DNA of 64,000 nt from Eledone cirrhosa (Eukaryota): the NCBI GenBank assembly GCA_964016885.1, contig OZ024741.1, forward strand, positions 101,060,001-101,124,000, given 5' to 3'. Below the pieces are notes generated by a model. It did no database searches, had not been told where the DNA came from, and saw only the letters and a program-made list of their open reading frames with translations. Within the stretch, counting starts at the first letter, position 1. Each line of letters starts with the position of its first letter. Below are positions 40,501 through 53,099 of this stretch, one piece after another. The position numbers were made by a program, and so were the translations under genes.

Positions 40501-41863
40501 GGCATCGGATATGACCGATGTACCTTCGATCGTTTTCCCACTCACTCAATGATTTAATTAAGTCAGTATCATTAAGATACCAACCCAAAGGAAAGCAGAG
40601 TGGACAGTAATACGTTAAATAGTGAGAAAAACGATTTCGTGTGGGTTGAGAACTTGATTCTCTGGCCCCGAACATTAGTTTCTGCTACTCCATCTGGTGG
40701 CGACAGTCCATATGGAACTGGTGTGCATAGCAATTAGGTAAAAATATAAGGAAAATAAATTGAAAATGTAACTGGAGTCTTTTAAGAATATTTATTTACT
40801 ATACAGGTTTAACAGTTCTTATGGTTTTATACGAAACAAAGTTCTTTCTGTTTTATACGAAAAGAGTGGCTCAGATTGCTATTTCTTTAGAGTATGACAG
40901 TGACAACCTCCCCCCCCCCCCCAGGAATCCTGACGACGGCGAGAGATGGATAATATCCGGGAAAAAGGGATCTCAAGAAACATGAAAGTCGCCGCGACAT
41001 TTGAGAATTTAAACGTATTTTAAGGGAAGTAACTCTGAGTGATCATGGTGGTGTTGGCTGCGGCAGTCGCACTGTTGTCGTTCCACCGCTACTATGACTA
41101 CCAACGTGAATTTCTTAACCCAAGAAAACGTTTCAAAACAGAGATAACGAATTGAAGTTCCAGTCAAATCTTGTCGAGATGGAACAGAATCCCCATATGG
41201 TTAAATGCACAAGTCTACGATATCCAAGTGGCTAAAAGTTTCCAGCAGAAAAGCAGGCAGGAGTCATAACCTGAATGGGGCTCGGCTCCCTTAGAGTGTA
41301 AGAAGTTAAAGGCCAAAACCCTTGTATGAGGTGGGGCTTCTTCTCTGAAGACTTGCTGTCCAACACTCTCGAGGATTTCTTAATATCCTATGTATTAAAA
41401 AAAAAACCAAAGAGTTTTCCTTTCACTATGTTCTGTGATGCTGCTTATTTTCCAATCTTCCAGATCTTAGCACATGGACCTTACCTCGGATTTATTTGAT
41501 CTGCAGGATAATAATAACACATGGAGCTTCCCATCATCTTGTTTAGTCGAAACTAAGTTGGATATCTCCATTTATACATGACACCAATAGTATGAAGTTG
41601 TATAACTACTATCGATTAGTTAACATACCGATACATTTTTTGTTTTTGTGTGTGTCCGTGTCCGTGAGTGTACGTGTGTTTTTTATTTGTGCGATAAGAT
41701 ATATTTTAATAAAATTTAACATGTTAGGCGAAATGTAGTGTGGTGTTTGGTCCGTCTCTGCATTCTGTGTTGAAATTTCGCTACTGCCTTCTTGTGTGGT
41801 AGACTTAATCCGTCGCCTGGATGAATACTACCTGGCCCTTGAATGCTTTTAGCAGAATCTTAC

Positions 41864-42009
41864 CAGCCATGTGCAAACTACGGCCCGTTTCGCTTTCTGA
41901 ATGGCACACTTAGTTTCAAAATTACCTTGATTTGTTTAGCAGTGCGGCCCGCTTTATGGTGAGCTACATTATATGCGACCCACTGTTTGAAAAAAGTTGC
42001 CCATGCCTG
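41864..42009. mobile_element. hAT-Charlie-like MITE (partial relative at about 63497-63604)
   Basis: TIRs CAGCCATGTGCAA and TTGCCCATGCCTG. Flanks ATCTTAC and ATCTATAC resemble a degraded 8-bp TSD. Confidence 0.65.
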
Positions 42010-43134
42010 ATCTATACTGACGCAAGCATTCTGACAATGTATTTAGTTTGACCCCCCCCCCCCCCGCCTACAATCCTGACCTCGGGGGCTAAACACAAAA
42101 CAAAAAATAAATTAATAACCTTCTTCCATAGCTTTAGGTCAACTAAAGCCATATGATTGAAATTTGCTGAAGAGAAACAATGTTAACTGGAGGGCTTATC
42201 ACCACTACTTGGGCCGTGGGTGTCTATAGTGAAATCTATTCGATTGCAAGTATTTGTATCATGTCTCCCATCTGTGGATGATAATTTCTTCCCTTCCACC
42301 AGTCTCAGAGATTCTGAAAAAGGGTAACGGATGCTGTTCTTGCTTTTCTAAGCAATTAAAAGAAAGAAGAAAATAAGGAAGGAAGACAGCTTGAATCACA
42401 ATATCGTAAAATAGAGAACGAGAGTTATCGTTCTTGAATACAAGCATCCTAGTTACGATGTAAACTTTGCCAAACTTGGTTTATTTAGAAATTACTACTA
42501 TGATACATTATAAATAAGGGTTATGTGTTGATGATGGATTTTGAATGATGAAAACACACAGGTTAGTTGATTCTTTCTTGTTTCTGCCATTATTTAAATT
42601 TATTAAGACGTAAGAAAAAAATAAACGAATTTGTTATGTTGTAGCTAACTAACGCTATTGGTTTCTAAGTAAACTACTAAAATATCGACGTTTTGTCCTC
42701 GAATCATTTTCGATTTCAGATGAATTCATATTTGATGCTTTTCGAGCCTATAAGGAAGTATATACACGATTGCTCAACACGCTAAAAAATAAGACAGATC
42801 CCCTTTAAACTACACCTAAAAAATAAGGTTGCATTGGATTAGGTAGTTCGAAATATACTCTATCTAAAAAAATATATATATAAAGATGGCATGGTGATGT
42901 ATTTGACGCCTTTGATCATACGTCATTTCAACTAAAATGATATAAAGTACCAGTCAAGCATTGAAGTTAATACATTATCCCTACAAGTGTATTGTAGATG
43001 GGAATGAGACATTATTGATTTATTTTGCGACCGCAGAAGAATTTTTACGCTGTGCTACGGTCAGCTGGTTTTGTGTAGAAGTGTTTGGAAGTTTGACCGA
43101 CTTTATTTTTTAATGTATTAAGTTTGACAGAGAG

Positions 43135-43410
43135 AAAGAAAAGGGCGGGACGGAGGAGGAAAACTCTTACTTTGGTCTGACGGTATATCTCAGCTGCACC
43201 ATGCGGACAAGATGGCGAAAAGGTTACCGCGGAGAATAGCCAGCGATACTCGTTACATCAGCCATTCCACCCTGTGAAGTTCCTTGTTCAAGCGTGATAC
43301 CCTCGTCCCATTTTGACAGAGGAAAATGACAATCTGGGGACCGAGGACCCCAGAGGTTCTAACGGTGATTGGAACAAAAAGGAAACGGTTAGTCAATACC
43401 TAGTATGTAG
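43135..43410 (+). promoter_or_regulatory. Candidate promoter and first (non-coding) exon, possibly of SPATA7
   Basis: Locally CpG-rich unique sequence, GGGCGG at about 43143, YY1-like AAGATGGCG at about 43209, and donor-like GTTAGT and GTATGT at about 43387 and 43403. Confidence 0.35.
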
Positions 43411-44044
43411 CTATCATCCGCTCCTCCGTGCTGTGGACATAACTCGAGACATCGAACTTCTTAGAAACATGACTGAATACCTTCTTTTATTCTTTTACTG
43501 GCTTCAGTCAATAGGCTACGGCCACATTGGAGCACCACCTTGATTTAGCTAACTATATCAGCCCCAGTACTTATTTTATCAAGCCTGCTACTCTCAGATC
43601 CCAAATAATGGAGGGGGGGGGGGATAATTTTCCTAAGTTGTCTACGTTGATTTTTTTTTAAACCAAAATAGTCGTTTAGTTTACATATTGAGACCCCAAC
43701 CCATCCTATTTATATTATAACGTATGGGATTTCTAGTCATGTATAGTGTTTTTTAATGTATAAAGAAAATTAATCGTCGCATGAATGCTACCCCTTAAAA
43801 TAAAATTTCGCCGGCGATAGATTAGCAAAATGTAATAAGGGTTGGTTGGAATAAGAGTGGGGTAGTGATGGAAAAAAAATCTGAAAAATTAATAAGCGAG
43901 GGGTGGGGTGGGGGGTACTGGAAACCCAAGAGTACTTATTTTATCAGTCTCTCTCTCTCTTTTTTTTTTGTCAAACTGCTATGTAACAACATAAACACAA
44001 ACACGGATCAGCATACACTTCCATATATATATATATATATATGA

Positions 44045-45410
44045 CAAGGAAAACAGCATCTCGGACAACATGCTAGACACCCTAGAACACCTACCCATCA
44101 TGGAAGAGTTAGATGCATTGCCGGCTGCTGAAGAAAACTGTGCAGACCATTAATGGCTTCCCTGCTGGGAAGGCACAAGGATCGGACAGCGTCTCAGAGG
44201 TCATCAGGTGTGCAAAGGGAACACTACTTAGCCACTTGTTGAAACTACTGTGTCAGTACTGAAAGGAGGGAACAATCCCACAAGACATGAGTGACTGGAA
44301 CATTGTCACTCTCTATGAGAACAAAGAGGACAGAAACAACTGCAATAGCTACCGAGGCATCTCGCTGCTAAGCATCGTTGGGAAGGTCTTTACCTGCATG
44401 GTCCTGAACAGACTACAGAAAATCACTGATAGAGTATACCCCAAATCTCAGTGTGGTTTCAGGTCAGAACGCTCCATCAACATGATCTTCCCTTTGATAG
44501 CTACAGGAAAGTGCCAAGAGCAAAGGCAACCCCTCTACATCACCTTCATTGACCTCACAATGGCATTCGATCTAGTTAGTAGAGACGGCCTGTTCAAGAT
44601 CCTTGTCAGGATTGATTGTCCTCCAAGACTTCTTAGGATGGTCCAGTTGTTTCATGCAGATATGAAAAGCGTCGTTCAATTTGATGTCTCTTCTTCAGAG
44701 GTATTTAAAATATGTAGCGGTGTGAAGCAGAGCTGTGTGCTAGCTCCCACCCTGTTTGGCATCTTTTTTGCAGTCATGCAGAAACAGGCATATGGAACGG
44801 CAGTTGAAGGTGTCTACCTCCACACCAGATCAGATGGGAAGCTGTTTAGTCTGTCAAGGCTGAAAGCGAAATCCAAGGTTGGTCAGGTACTCATCATAGA
44901 AATGCTGTTTGCAGATGATGCAGCATTGGCAGCGCACTCTGAGGAGCAAATGCAGCACCTTATGAACAAACTTTCGAGGGCCTGCCAGGAATTCAGCCTG
45001 ACCATTAGTCTAAAGAAAACCAACATACTGGGCCAAAGTGTCAAGCACACCCCTACCATTACCATCAAGAACAACGAGCTAGAAGTGGTAAACAAATTCA
45101 TTTGCCTCAGCTCTACCATCACTGACAACCTTTCCCTGGACCCCAAGATCAGCAGAAGAGTTGGATGAGCAACCTTCACATCTGCCAGGTAGACCAAGAG
45201 AGTCTGGGAGAACAGAAAACTAACCACAAACACCAAGATTGCTGTCTTCAAGGCATGTGTTTTCAACACACTACTTCACAGCTGCGAGACATGGATCCTC
45301 TACTTAAGACAGGAGCAGCGTCTCAATGTCTTCCGCCTTCGTAGCCTGAGATGCATTCTGGATATCAAGTGGACTGACCAAGTCACCAACACTGAATTCC
45401 TCAATCAAAT
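44045..45410 (+). mobile_element. Degenerate RTE-clade LINE
   Basis: YRGISLLS, PKSQCGFR, GVKQSCVLAPTLF and FADD. Confidence 0.88.
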
Positions 45411-45969
45411 TACAAAATATGAGGAAATAATAAACAAAAATATAATGCAACTCTGCATTATAAAAATGCATCATCGTTGTGAGGCAAATCAGCTTTTCAA
45501 GAGACATCTCAGGAAAAAGGAATGTTTCGCCAACGCATTTGCAGCAAGTGAGAAAATCTCTATAGGCGGAGGAAAGAATTAACACATGATACATTGGTCA
45601 AGAAAAAGGACTGTTTCTATTGTAGCAAGTGAAAATACCTCAAGAGGTGGAGGGAGAAATTAATACATGATTCATTGGTCACATTGTGAAGGCACATGGC
45701 TTAGTAGTTAGAGCATTGGCTTTGCAATTGAAAGGTTGTGAGTTCAATTCCTGGACCGGGTGATGTGTTGTTTCCTTGAGAAGACACTTTATTTCACGTT
45801 GCTCCAGTTTACTCATCTGTAGAAATGAGATGATAGGACTAGGGTCCCTATCATTAAATCACCCAAGACACCTCCAACGAGATATACTTTGGAGGAGGCC
45901 AGCTAAACATGCATAGGTGTGAGCTGTCACACATACACACACGGGTATTAAGGTGGACAGGAAGTGAAT

Positions 45970-46009
<40 letters not shown>

Positions 46010-46012
<3 letters not shown>

Positions 46013-46230
46013 GTAAAGAAGTGCCAGGAAACGCCAGTTGAAGGAAGACGTGGTAGAGGTAGACCACGAAAAACATGGGCGGAGGTGGTGAGAACAGACC
46101 TCAGATCGCTGAAGCTCACGGTGGAGATGACGAAGGGCCGTGACAAGTGGAGAGATGTTGTGCTGAATAAGACCCGTCCCACCCTTGCAAGCAGGCAGGG
46201 AAGAGCGGACGTAAAATGATGATGATGATG
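46010..46230 (+). mobile_element. RTE 3' end (another copy at 57315-57493)
   Basis: GRRGRGRPRKTW..VV..DL and a (GAT)n tail. Confidence 0.75.
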
Positions 46231-48020
46231 ATATATATATATACATTAAAAACAACAACAGAAGGTCAGACTGGAAACTATAATTTTAATTCCATGTAAA
46301 CAGTATACATGTTTCAATGGCCCTGCTTCATCATCTGAATATGATGCAAGACCCAGATGATTTTATCAGGTGTAAATAACAGAATTAGTTATATAAGAGA
46401 ACAAGATTTTGGTGAATACAAACAGTGAATAGAAAATGTATATATATATGTGTATGTAGGAAGGGCTTCTTCCATTTCCATCTACAAAATTCTACTCATG
46501 AGGCATTAGTTACTTACCCAAAATGTCACACAGCAGGACTGAATCTAGAAACACATGGTTGCGAAGAGAACTCTCTTTTTCTTTTCTTGAGTAAAATTAG
46601 ACAAATTATTCAACGTATAATGTACTATTTTTTCAAACCAGTTACCAATTAGATTAAAGTGATTCTCGGACACTTTCTAGATGTGTTCATGAAAAAAAAA
46701 CCCCAGGACAAAATCCCCACCACTACGATATGTGTGTGTGTATATATATATATATGTGTGTGTGTGTATAAACAAGAGTAATAAGTTGAGAGATCAAACT
46801 TGGTTGAAATATGCCAAGAAGATTTGAAACTATGTTTCTACAATCCGCAAATAGAGCAACCTGATTCATCCAAGATGTAATCCATTGGGTAAATTAATCC
46901 AGAACGAGTGTAAGGTTACAGAGCTTAAATGATAAGTAATAAAACCAAGGGTTCAGAAGAAATTTACGTTTTTATTTGTAGAGGGTCAGATGCCATGCTT
47001 TGCAGCATAGTGTTACATCCCTTTATGGTCTGAGTTCAAATCCCGCTGAGGTTAACTTTGCCTTTCATCTTTACGGGGTCGATAAAATAAAGTACCAGTA
47101 ATACACTGGGATAATTGCTGGCCTTGTGCCAAAAGTAGAAACAATTATATGCATTTCTACAAATGAAATAAAAAGTAGGATTAGTTAAAAATTCTCATTT
47201 AGGTAAGATTCCTGTATATGAAAGTAAATCCATATACTTATCAGGCTTGAAACAAAATGTTGTAAATTCTGTCTAGGAGAAGCTCACTCTGATATAAAAC
47301 CTGTGACTTCGTTTGCATCATATGTAGACCAGTTCTACTTTTTGGGCAAATGCATTCGATGTTCAGAGAGTGGGATTGGCCCCGTGTAAAGCCTTTCCTC
47401 ACTTAAAAAAGCTTCAAGCACAGGCATCACTTGATTTGTGACATTTTTTGCATTGCATGACATGGCTACCCATAGGCAAGTCTCTAGCAGGAATAAAAAG
47501 CCAAGTCCGTGATGCTCATGCTTAAGTATCAAGTGATGGCATTACTTGAAATTGAGTTGCAGCCATCATATCATCATATATATATATAGAGAGAGAGGGG
47601 GAGAAAAAGAGGTTATGCCAGTGACATGAGAAATGTACCCAGTTTATCCTGTAGGGTACTCATGCTGGTGACACACAAAAAGCACTCAGTCCAACCTATA
47701 AGAGGGTTGTCGTGCTGTGACACGACAAAAAGCACCTAATCCACACTGTAACATGGTTGGTATTAGGAAGGACATGTAGCCATAGAAACCAAACCAAAAT
47801 ACAATCTGTATGAGGAAGACGTGTCTCCTGACCTGAATTATCTTATAATGTGAAAACCTGTCTAACCCATGCAAGCACGGAAAATGGACGTTAAAAGATG
47901 ATGACATATATATATGTATGTGTGTGTATGTATGTATGTCTTTCCAATATAAAGCATGAAACTAATAAGACTTTTTGTACCTGTTTGTTGTCTCCTTGAA
48001 CTATATATATATATATATAT

Positions 48021-48276
48021 AGAAAAAGAGATGAAATCGAAAATGCAACTGGAGTCTTATTTTTTTAAAAAATATATATATTTATTTGGTTCCTTTACCG
48101 GTTTCGCAGTTCTTCTGCTTTTCAAAAGGTGAGTTGAGAAAAACCACAGACCCTCCATCTCAACTCACCTTTTGAAAAGCAGAAGAACTGCGAAACCGGT
48201 AAAGGAACCAAATAAATATATATAGTTTTTAAAAAAATAAGACTCCAGTTGCATTTTCGATTTCATCTCTTTTTCT
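48021..48276. repeat. Palindrome with 119-bp arms and an 18-nt spacer, plus a one-sided tail (48277-48341), in (TA)n
   Basis: 48021-48139 versus 48158-48276, one mismatch seen. Confidence 0.93.
48168..48205 (+). ncRNA. Minimal type I hammerhead with U3-A8 core variant (mirror at 48092-48129, minus strand)
   Basis: CCTT-TTGAAAA-GCAG-AAGAA-CTGC-GAAA-CCGG-TA-AAGG. Confidence 0.7.
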
Positions 48277-48336
48277 TTATACTTTCACTCGTGTAGGACA
48301 CCTCGGTTATTTTTCATTTTGTAAAAAAAACCTCAC

Positions 48337-48378
<42 letters not shown>

Positions 48379-48960
48379 ATAAATTATCGAGATTCGCATT
48401 TCGGCCCACAAAATAACGAAAAACAACCTCCGAGATGTGAGGCAAGTGCTCAATGATTCAGATGAACCAGAGCTATAACAAACGTTAAAGGCCAAACACA
48501 TATATATATATATATATATAATGTGCCAAAAAAAAAAAGAAAGGGTTCAGAGAACTTTTCAGTTATGCCAAGAGTATGGCAACCTCTCTAGTGAGACAAT
48601 AAAATGCACCCAGTGTACTCTGTAAAGTGGTTGGTAATTGGAAGTGCATCCGGCTGTAGAAAACATGCCAAACAAAGGGTGATGAGGACTTCAGTTGTGT
48701 CAAAGATAAGATATCTTTCCTAGTGCTAGTGCCATGATAAAACCTACAGTGCTCTCTGTAGAGTGCAAGAACATACATAAATGAGTTGTAGCCCCTGGCC
48801 CATCTGTGAGATCAGTGGCTCTGATTAAGTACTTTGTCTATGACTACTCATCCAACCCACACTAGTAGGGAAAATGGATGTTATAGGATGATGATGATAT
48901 GTTGAATGTCTTTATCAATGTCGTTCCATCTTCATTACAAATGATTTTCTATTTGAACAG

Positions 48961-49026
48961 AAGCAATAAATTATAATATTCCAACAATGACTGGTACAAA
49001 GAGAAGCACCCTGTTACAAAGTAACT
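48961..49026 (+). CDS. SPATA7: SPATA7 homologue, candidate exon (in-frame ATG at 48987)
   Basis: Acceptor GAACAG and donor GTGAGT. MTGTKRSTLLQSN; the phase joins the next exon. Confidence 0.55.
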
Positions 49027-49093
49027 GTGAGTATATATTTACATGTATATTTTTATACACACACACACACACACATATCAACCATTAAACTAA

Positions 49094-49736
49094 CTACCAG
49101 AAAAACCACCGTTCGGGTGGTTTTCTGCTAGCATGTGTAGTGTGCATATTGATATTATACACAAGTATATATGCATGTAGAGATGATACATCAAATAAAA
49201 TCGTAATTGACAATATACACAGAAATTGAACGAAGACTGTCTTATTTAATCAGTAACGTAATCCATGATACATTAAAAAAAAGATGATATTATATATAAA
49301 CTGCATTAGGAGAAAATTAGTGACGGAAATATATGAATTTTTATTTAAGCGATCGCTAACCGGAAGTGTTGACATTTGAAAATTTTAAAGAAGTGAATCT
49401 TAAAATAAACAACAAAATTATATTTAATCAAGAATAACGAAATTTAGTAGATAAATTATGTAATATTCATTTATCGGTAGAGGGTCGGACGCCATGCTTT
49501 GATGCATAGAGTTACGGCCCTTACCATTCTGAGTTCAAATCCCGCCGAGGTTAACTTTGCCTTTCATCCTTATGAGGTCGATAAAATAAAGTACCAGTAA
49601 TACACTGGGTAATTGCTGGCCTTGTGCCAAAAGTAGAAACAATTATTTATTCAAAGTAATCCAACTTATTTTACAAATAGGATAAAAAATATATTCTCGA
49701 CGCAGTCCCGCACTCCTTACTTTATAATAGTTTAGA
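49094..49736 (-). mobile_element. Helitron-like copy 2, with a SINE A inserted at about 49473-49646
   Basis: Colinear with 9853-10334 except for the SINE. Confidence 0.8.
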
Positions 49737-50869
49737 TATATACATATCTTCATTGAAATGTATCATTAACTGTGGTGTTTTCTGTTTACTTTCCACATAC
49801 ACACACACACACATACACGCACATATATATATATATATAAGGTCTTTGTTTTGCAGTTTTCCCCATCTTTGAACTTAGAACACTTCATAAATAGAGAGAA
49901 GAAGTGGATTTATCATCATTGATTTTTCTGCACCAGTTTGATATGTACTGTGCTAAATTTCTTATCTGTAAGCAGGATGAAATCAATTTTCAGTTCAACT
50001 GACAGGGTTACAATCATCTTAGTTCAATATTCATTAATAATTTCTACATATATAATAGAAAACCCAAGTATTGAATTTCATCTCTCTTGTGTTTGTGTTC
50101 AAATAGCACTGGCCCAACTTTTGCATGAGGGAGGTAACAGTCAATAAAATGAATACTAACACCATTTTCCTTCCTTGGGCATTTTAAAACCTGACAACAC
50201 CCATCCCTTTCCAGGTATGACTGTAGCTGATTTATTGAAAAAAGGTTGTTTGGGAGTGAGAGGGAAGGCAAGCCCAAGATAACCCTGGGTGGCACAAGCT
50301 CTATACACACCACATGAGATATCAACTTGACCAAATTCTAGCTACACCATATGACAGTTGTGAAGGTATGTGGTCAAATGGTTAGAGCATTCAACTCACA
50401 ATTGTATTGTGAGTTCAAACCATGGTAGCATGTGTTCTTGAGCAAGACATTTTATTTCATGTTACTCCAGTTTACCTAGCTGGCTCAAATGAGTACTCCA
50501 TGTAGTTTAAAATATCAGCTTTGTCACATACTGTGTCATGCTGAATCTCCCTGAGAATAACATTAAAGGTAGATATGTCTGTGAAATGCTCACTCACTTA
50601 CATGTTAATATCATGAGCTGTTCTCTTGTTTGAACAACTGAAACACTCGTCATTGGAACCAAAAGATGCCCAGCAGCATGACTCTGCAAACTACTCAAAC
50701 TTTACACCACATGACATACCAACCTAACCAAACTATAGCTACACCACATGATGTACTAACTTAACCAAACTAACTAAATTCATGTATTTCACTAAATTCA
50801 TGACCCTGTATCATTAAAGCCTTCATCCTTTCTCGTTGTTGAAATTAACTCTTTCTTTATCCATTGTAG

Positions 50870-50959
50870 TGTGGTCTCCAGCATCCAATAAGCTAACTTC
50901 TCAGTATATTGTGAAAAACAACCTTACTCACCATTATAAATTACTTCAGAATGTTTCAT
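50870..50959 (+). CDS. SPATA7: SPATA7 homologue exon
   Basis: AG/GTAAGT boundaries. WSPASNKLTSQYIVKNNLTHHYKLLQNVS resembles SPATA7 LSTLQLVKNHMAVHYNKILSAK (recalled sequence). Confidence 0.8.
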
Positions 50960-51979
50960 GTAAGTATTTGTCTCTGTTCTTGTATTTTTTTTTTTAGTAG
51001 GGTCTGGTCTGGTTTAGTTTTTGGTGTTTTTGTTGTTGTTTAACCCCTGGTCAGCTCTGACCAGGAAGTAGGCCTATAATCAAAGGCATTTCATCTGTGA
51101 CCATCTCATCTTTTAGTAGAGTATCTAGAACTACATTATTTAATGTGTCGTTTCCCTTTCTAAATCAGTAAGGTGTTATTTGAGAAAGATTCAGCAGCTA
51201 TTTCAGGCAGCTTATTTACTTTCATTTACATACACTCATTTAATTCTGGTTGCTGTTGTTGTTTGGCTCTGCGTTAGTCCTGAACAAGAAGCAGACCTCT
51301 GATTAAAGGTATTCCAGCTGCATCTATCTCATAAGAGGCATCCTCAAATGGCTTAATCAGAAGTGAGTGACCTATGGTCTTTTCATGATTTCTCTACCTG
51401 ATCAATTGAAGGATCAGAGAAAGAAGAGACAGCAATCATGATCTTTTCATAGCTTCTGGGACTGCTGAGGATCAGAGGCAGAAGGGACAGCATTCATGAT
51501 CTTTTCATGGCATCAGGGAATGGTGAGTGGAAGAGAGAAATTTATCCTAAGACTGGTCCAAATACTCGCAACATAGGTACTTTTACATGGTTACTGAAGG
51601 GTCAGCTTAATCGTTTTGATACTGTCCAAAACCATCTCTGGTTCCATGGAATGAAATGACTCATTTTAAAGGATTTCTATTTAAATTAAAACCTTTCAAC
51701 ATAATTTTATATAATAACCTTTTGTTATGTTACAAATACCATCTTAATGATGAAATGAAAATCCTTCCATATTCTTCATTAATTAATTGAAATACAATAT
51801 ATTTTATTAGAAATATAGTAATGAAAGAGTTAAACTGGATGGCAAGGTAAGTCTCCTATCGAACAGCATGAATGACTTTACTGAATTAATAGAATTCTAG
51901 TTTCTATTATCACTTTATAAATCATTCATTTCATTTTTTCCCCTTTTGTTTTAATACTCATCTTTATCTTATTCCTTAG

Positions 51980-52027
51980 CTTGCATTGATAATTCCACCC
52001 CAGAGTCACTGCTTAAAAGCCAGAAAA
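51980..52027 (+). CDS. SPATA7: SPATA7 homologue exon
   Basis: AG/GTAAGT boundaries. CIDNSTPESLLKSQK resembles AVDCSVP.S.STSIK. Confidence 0.8.
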
Positions 52028-52891
52028 GTAAGTTTTAACTTTAATTTACATAACCTGTAATTCTAACCTGATGTCTGTCAATCAGCATGAGTCTGTCTGA
52101 CCATGAATATTTAAAAACTGTAATCATCATAATCATCATCACTGTTTTGCATGCTAGCTTGGGTTAGATGAGTTGTCCCATAGTGAGACAAGCTAGGTCA
52201 GATGACCATGTCTTGCTCATACAGAACTGATTTTAGGTTAGTTTCTCTGGCTGGATGCCCTTCCTAACGCCAACCACAATTACAGTGTGAGCTGGGCGCT
52301 TTTTGTTGCAGCGTCAAAACGATCACTTTACAATGTGGACTAGGCACTTGGGTGGGGGATGTCCATGAGATTTGAGGAGGTAGATCTAGGGACGTGGGTG
52401 AGGAGGGGAGTGTTAAGACATGAGTAGGTGTGACGACAATGAAAGGTGTATGGAAGGAGGTGCATACTAGATGTATGCTTCTACCCGTGCACATGGGAAG
52501 GTAGGTCTTCTGTATTACCACTATCTCATTAACAAAGGAAAAGAACCTGACAGTACTGTGTCGTGTAGGCATCGTGACAAAAAGACATGTAAAAAGTGGC
52601 CGTGTAGGTGTCATGATAAAAAGACATGTAAAAAGTGTCCAGCCCACATTGTAAAGTGGTCATGTAGGTATCATGACAAAAGCACCCAGCACACACTGTA
52701 AATTTGGTTGGCGTCAGTAAAAACATCAAGCCCTAGGAACCAAACCAAAATCAGTTCTCTGTGAGTGAAACACGGCCTTTCGACCTGATCTCTCACAAAG
52801 GGACAGCCCATCCTACTCATGCTGGTGTGGAAAATGGAGATTAAAAGATGATGATGAAGCTGATGATATATATATATATATATATATATAT

Positions 52892-53072
52892 AATTGTTTC
52901 TACTTTAGGCACAAGGCCAGCAATTACCCAGTGCATTACTGGTACTTTATTTTATCGACCCCGTAAGGATGAAAGGCAAAGTCAACCTCAGCGGGATTTG
53001 AACACAGATCGTAAAGGGATGTAACTATGCTGGAAAGCATGGCGTCCGACCCTCTACCGATACTGCCAATAC
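52892..53072 (-). mobile_element. SINE family A
   Basis: Reverse complement of 55620-55803. Confidence 0.85.
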
Positions 53073-53099
53073 ATTATTGATGATATATATATATATAAT

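Noticed and set aside
43212-43277. ATG in AAGATGGCG as the SPATA7 start codon
   Set aside because: The frame stops after 21 codons, and nearby donors are not phase-compatible with the 48961 exon.
46290-46380. Minus-strand CTGATAA...GAAACATGTA as a hammerhead
   Set aside because: The core is mismatched and no stem I pairing was found.
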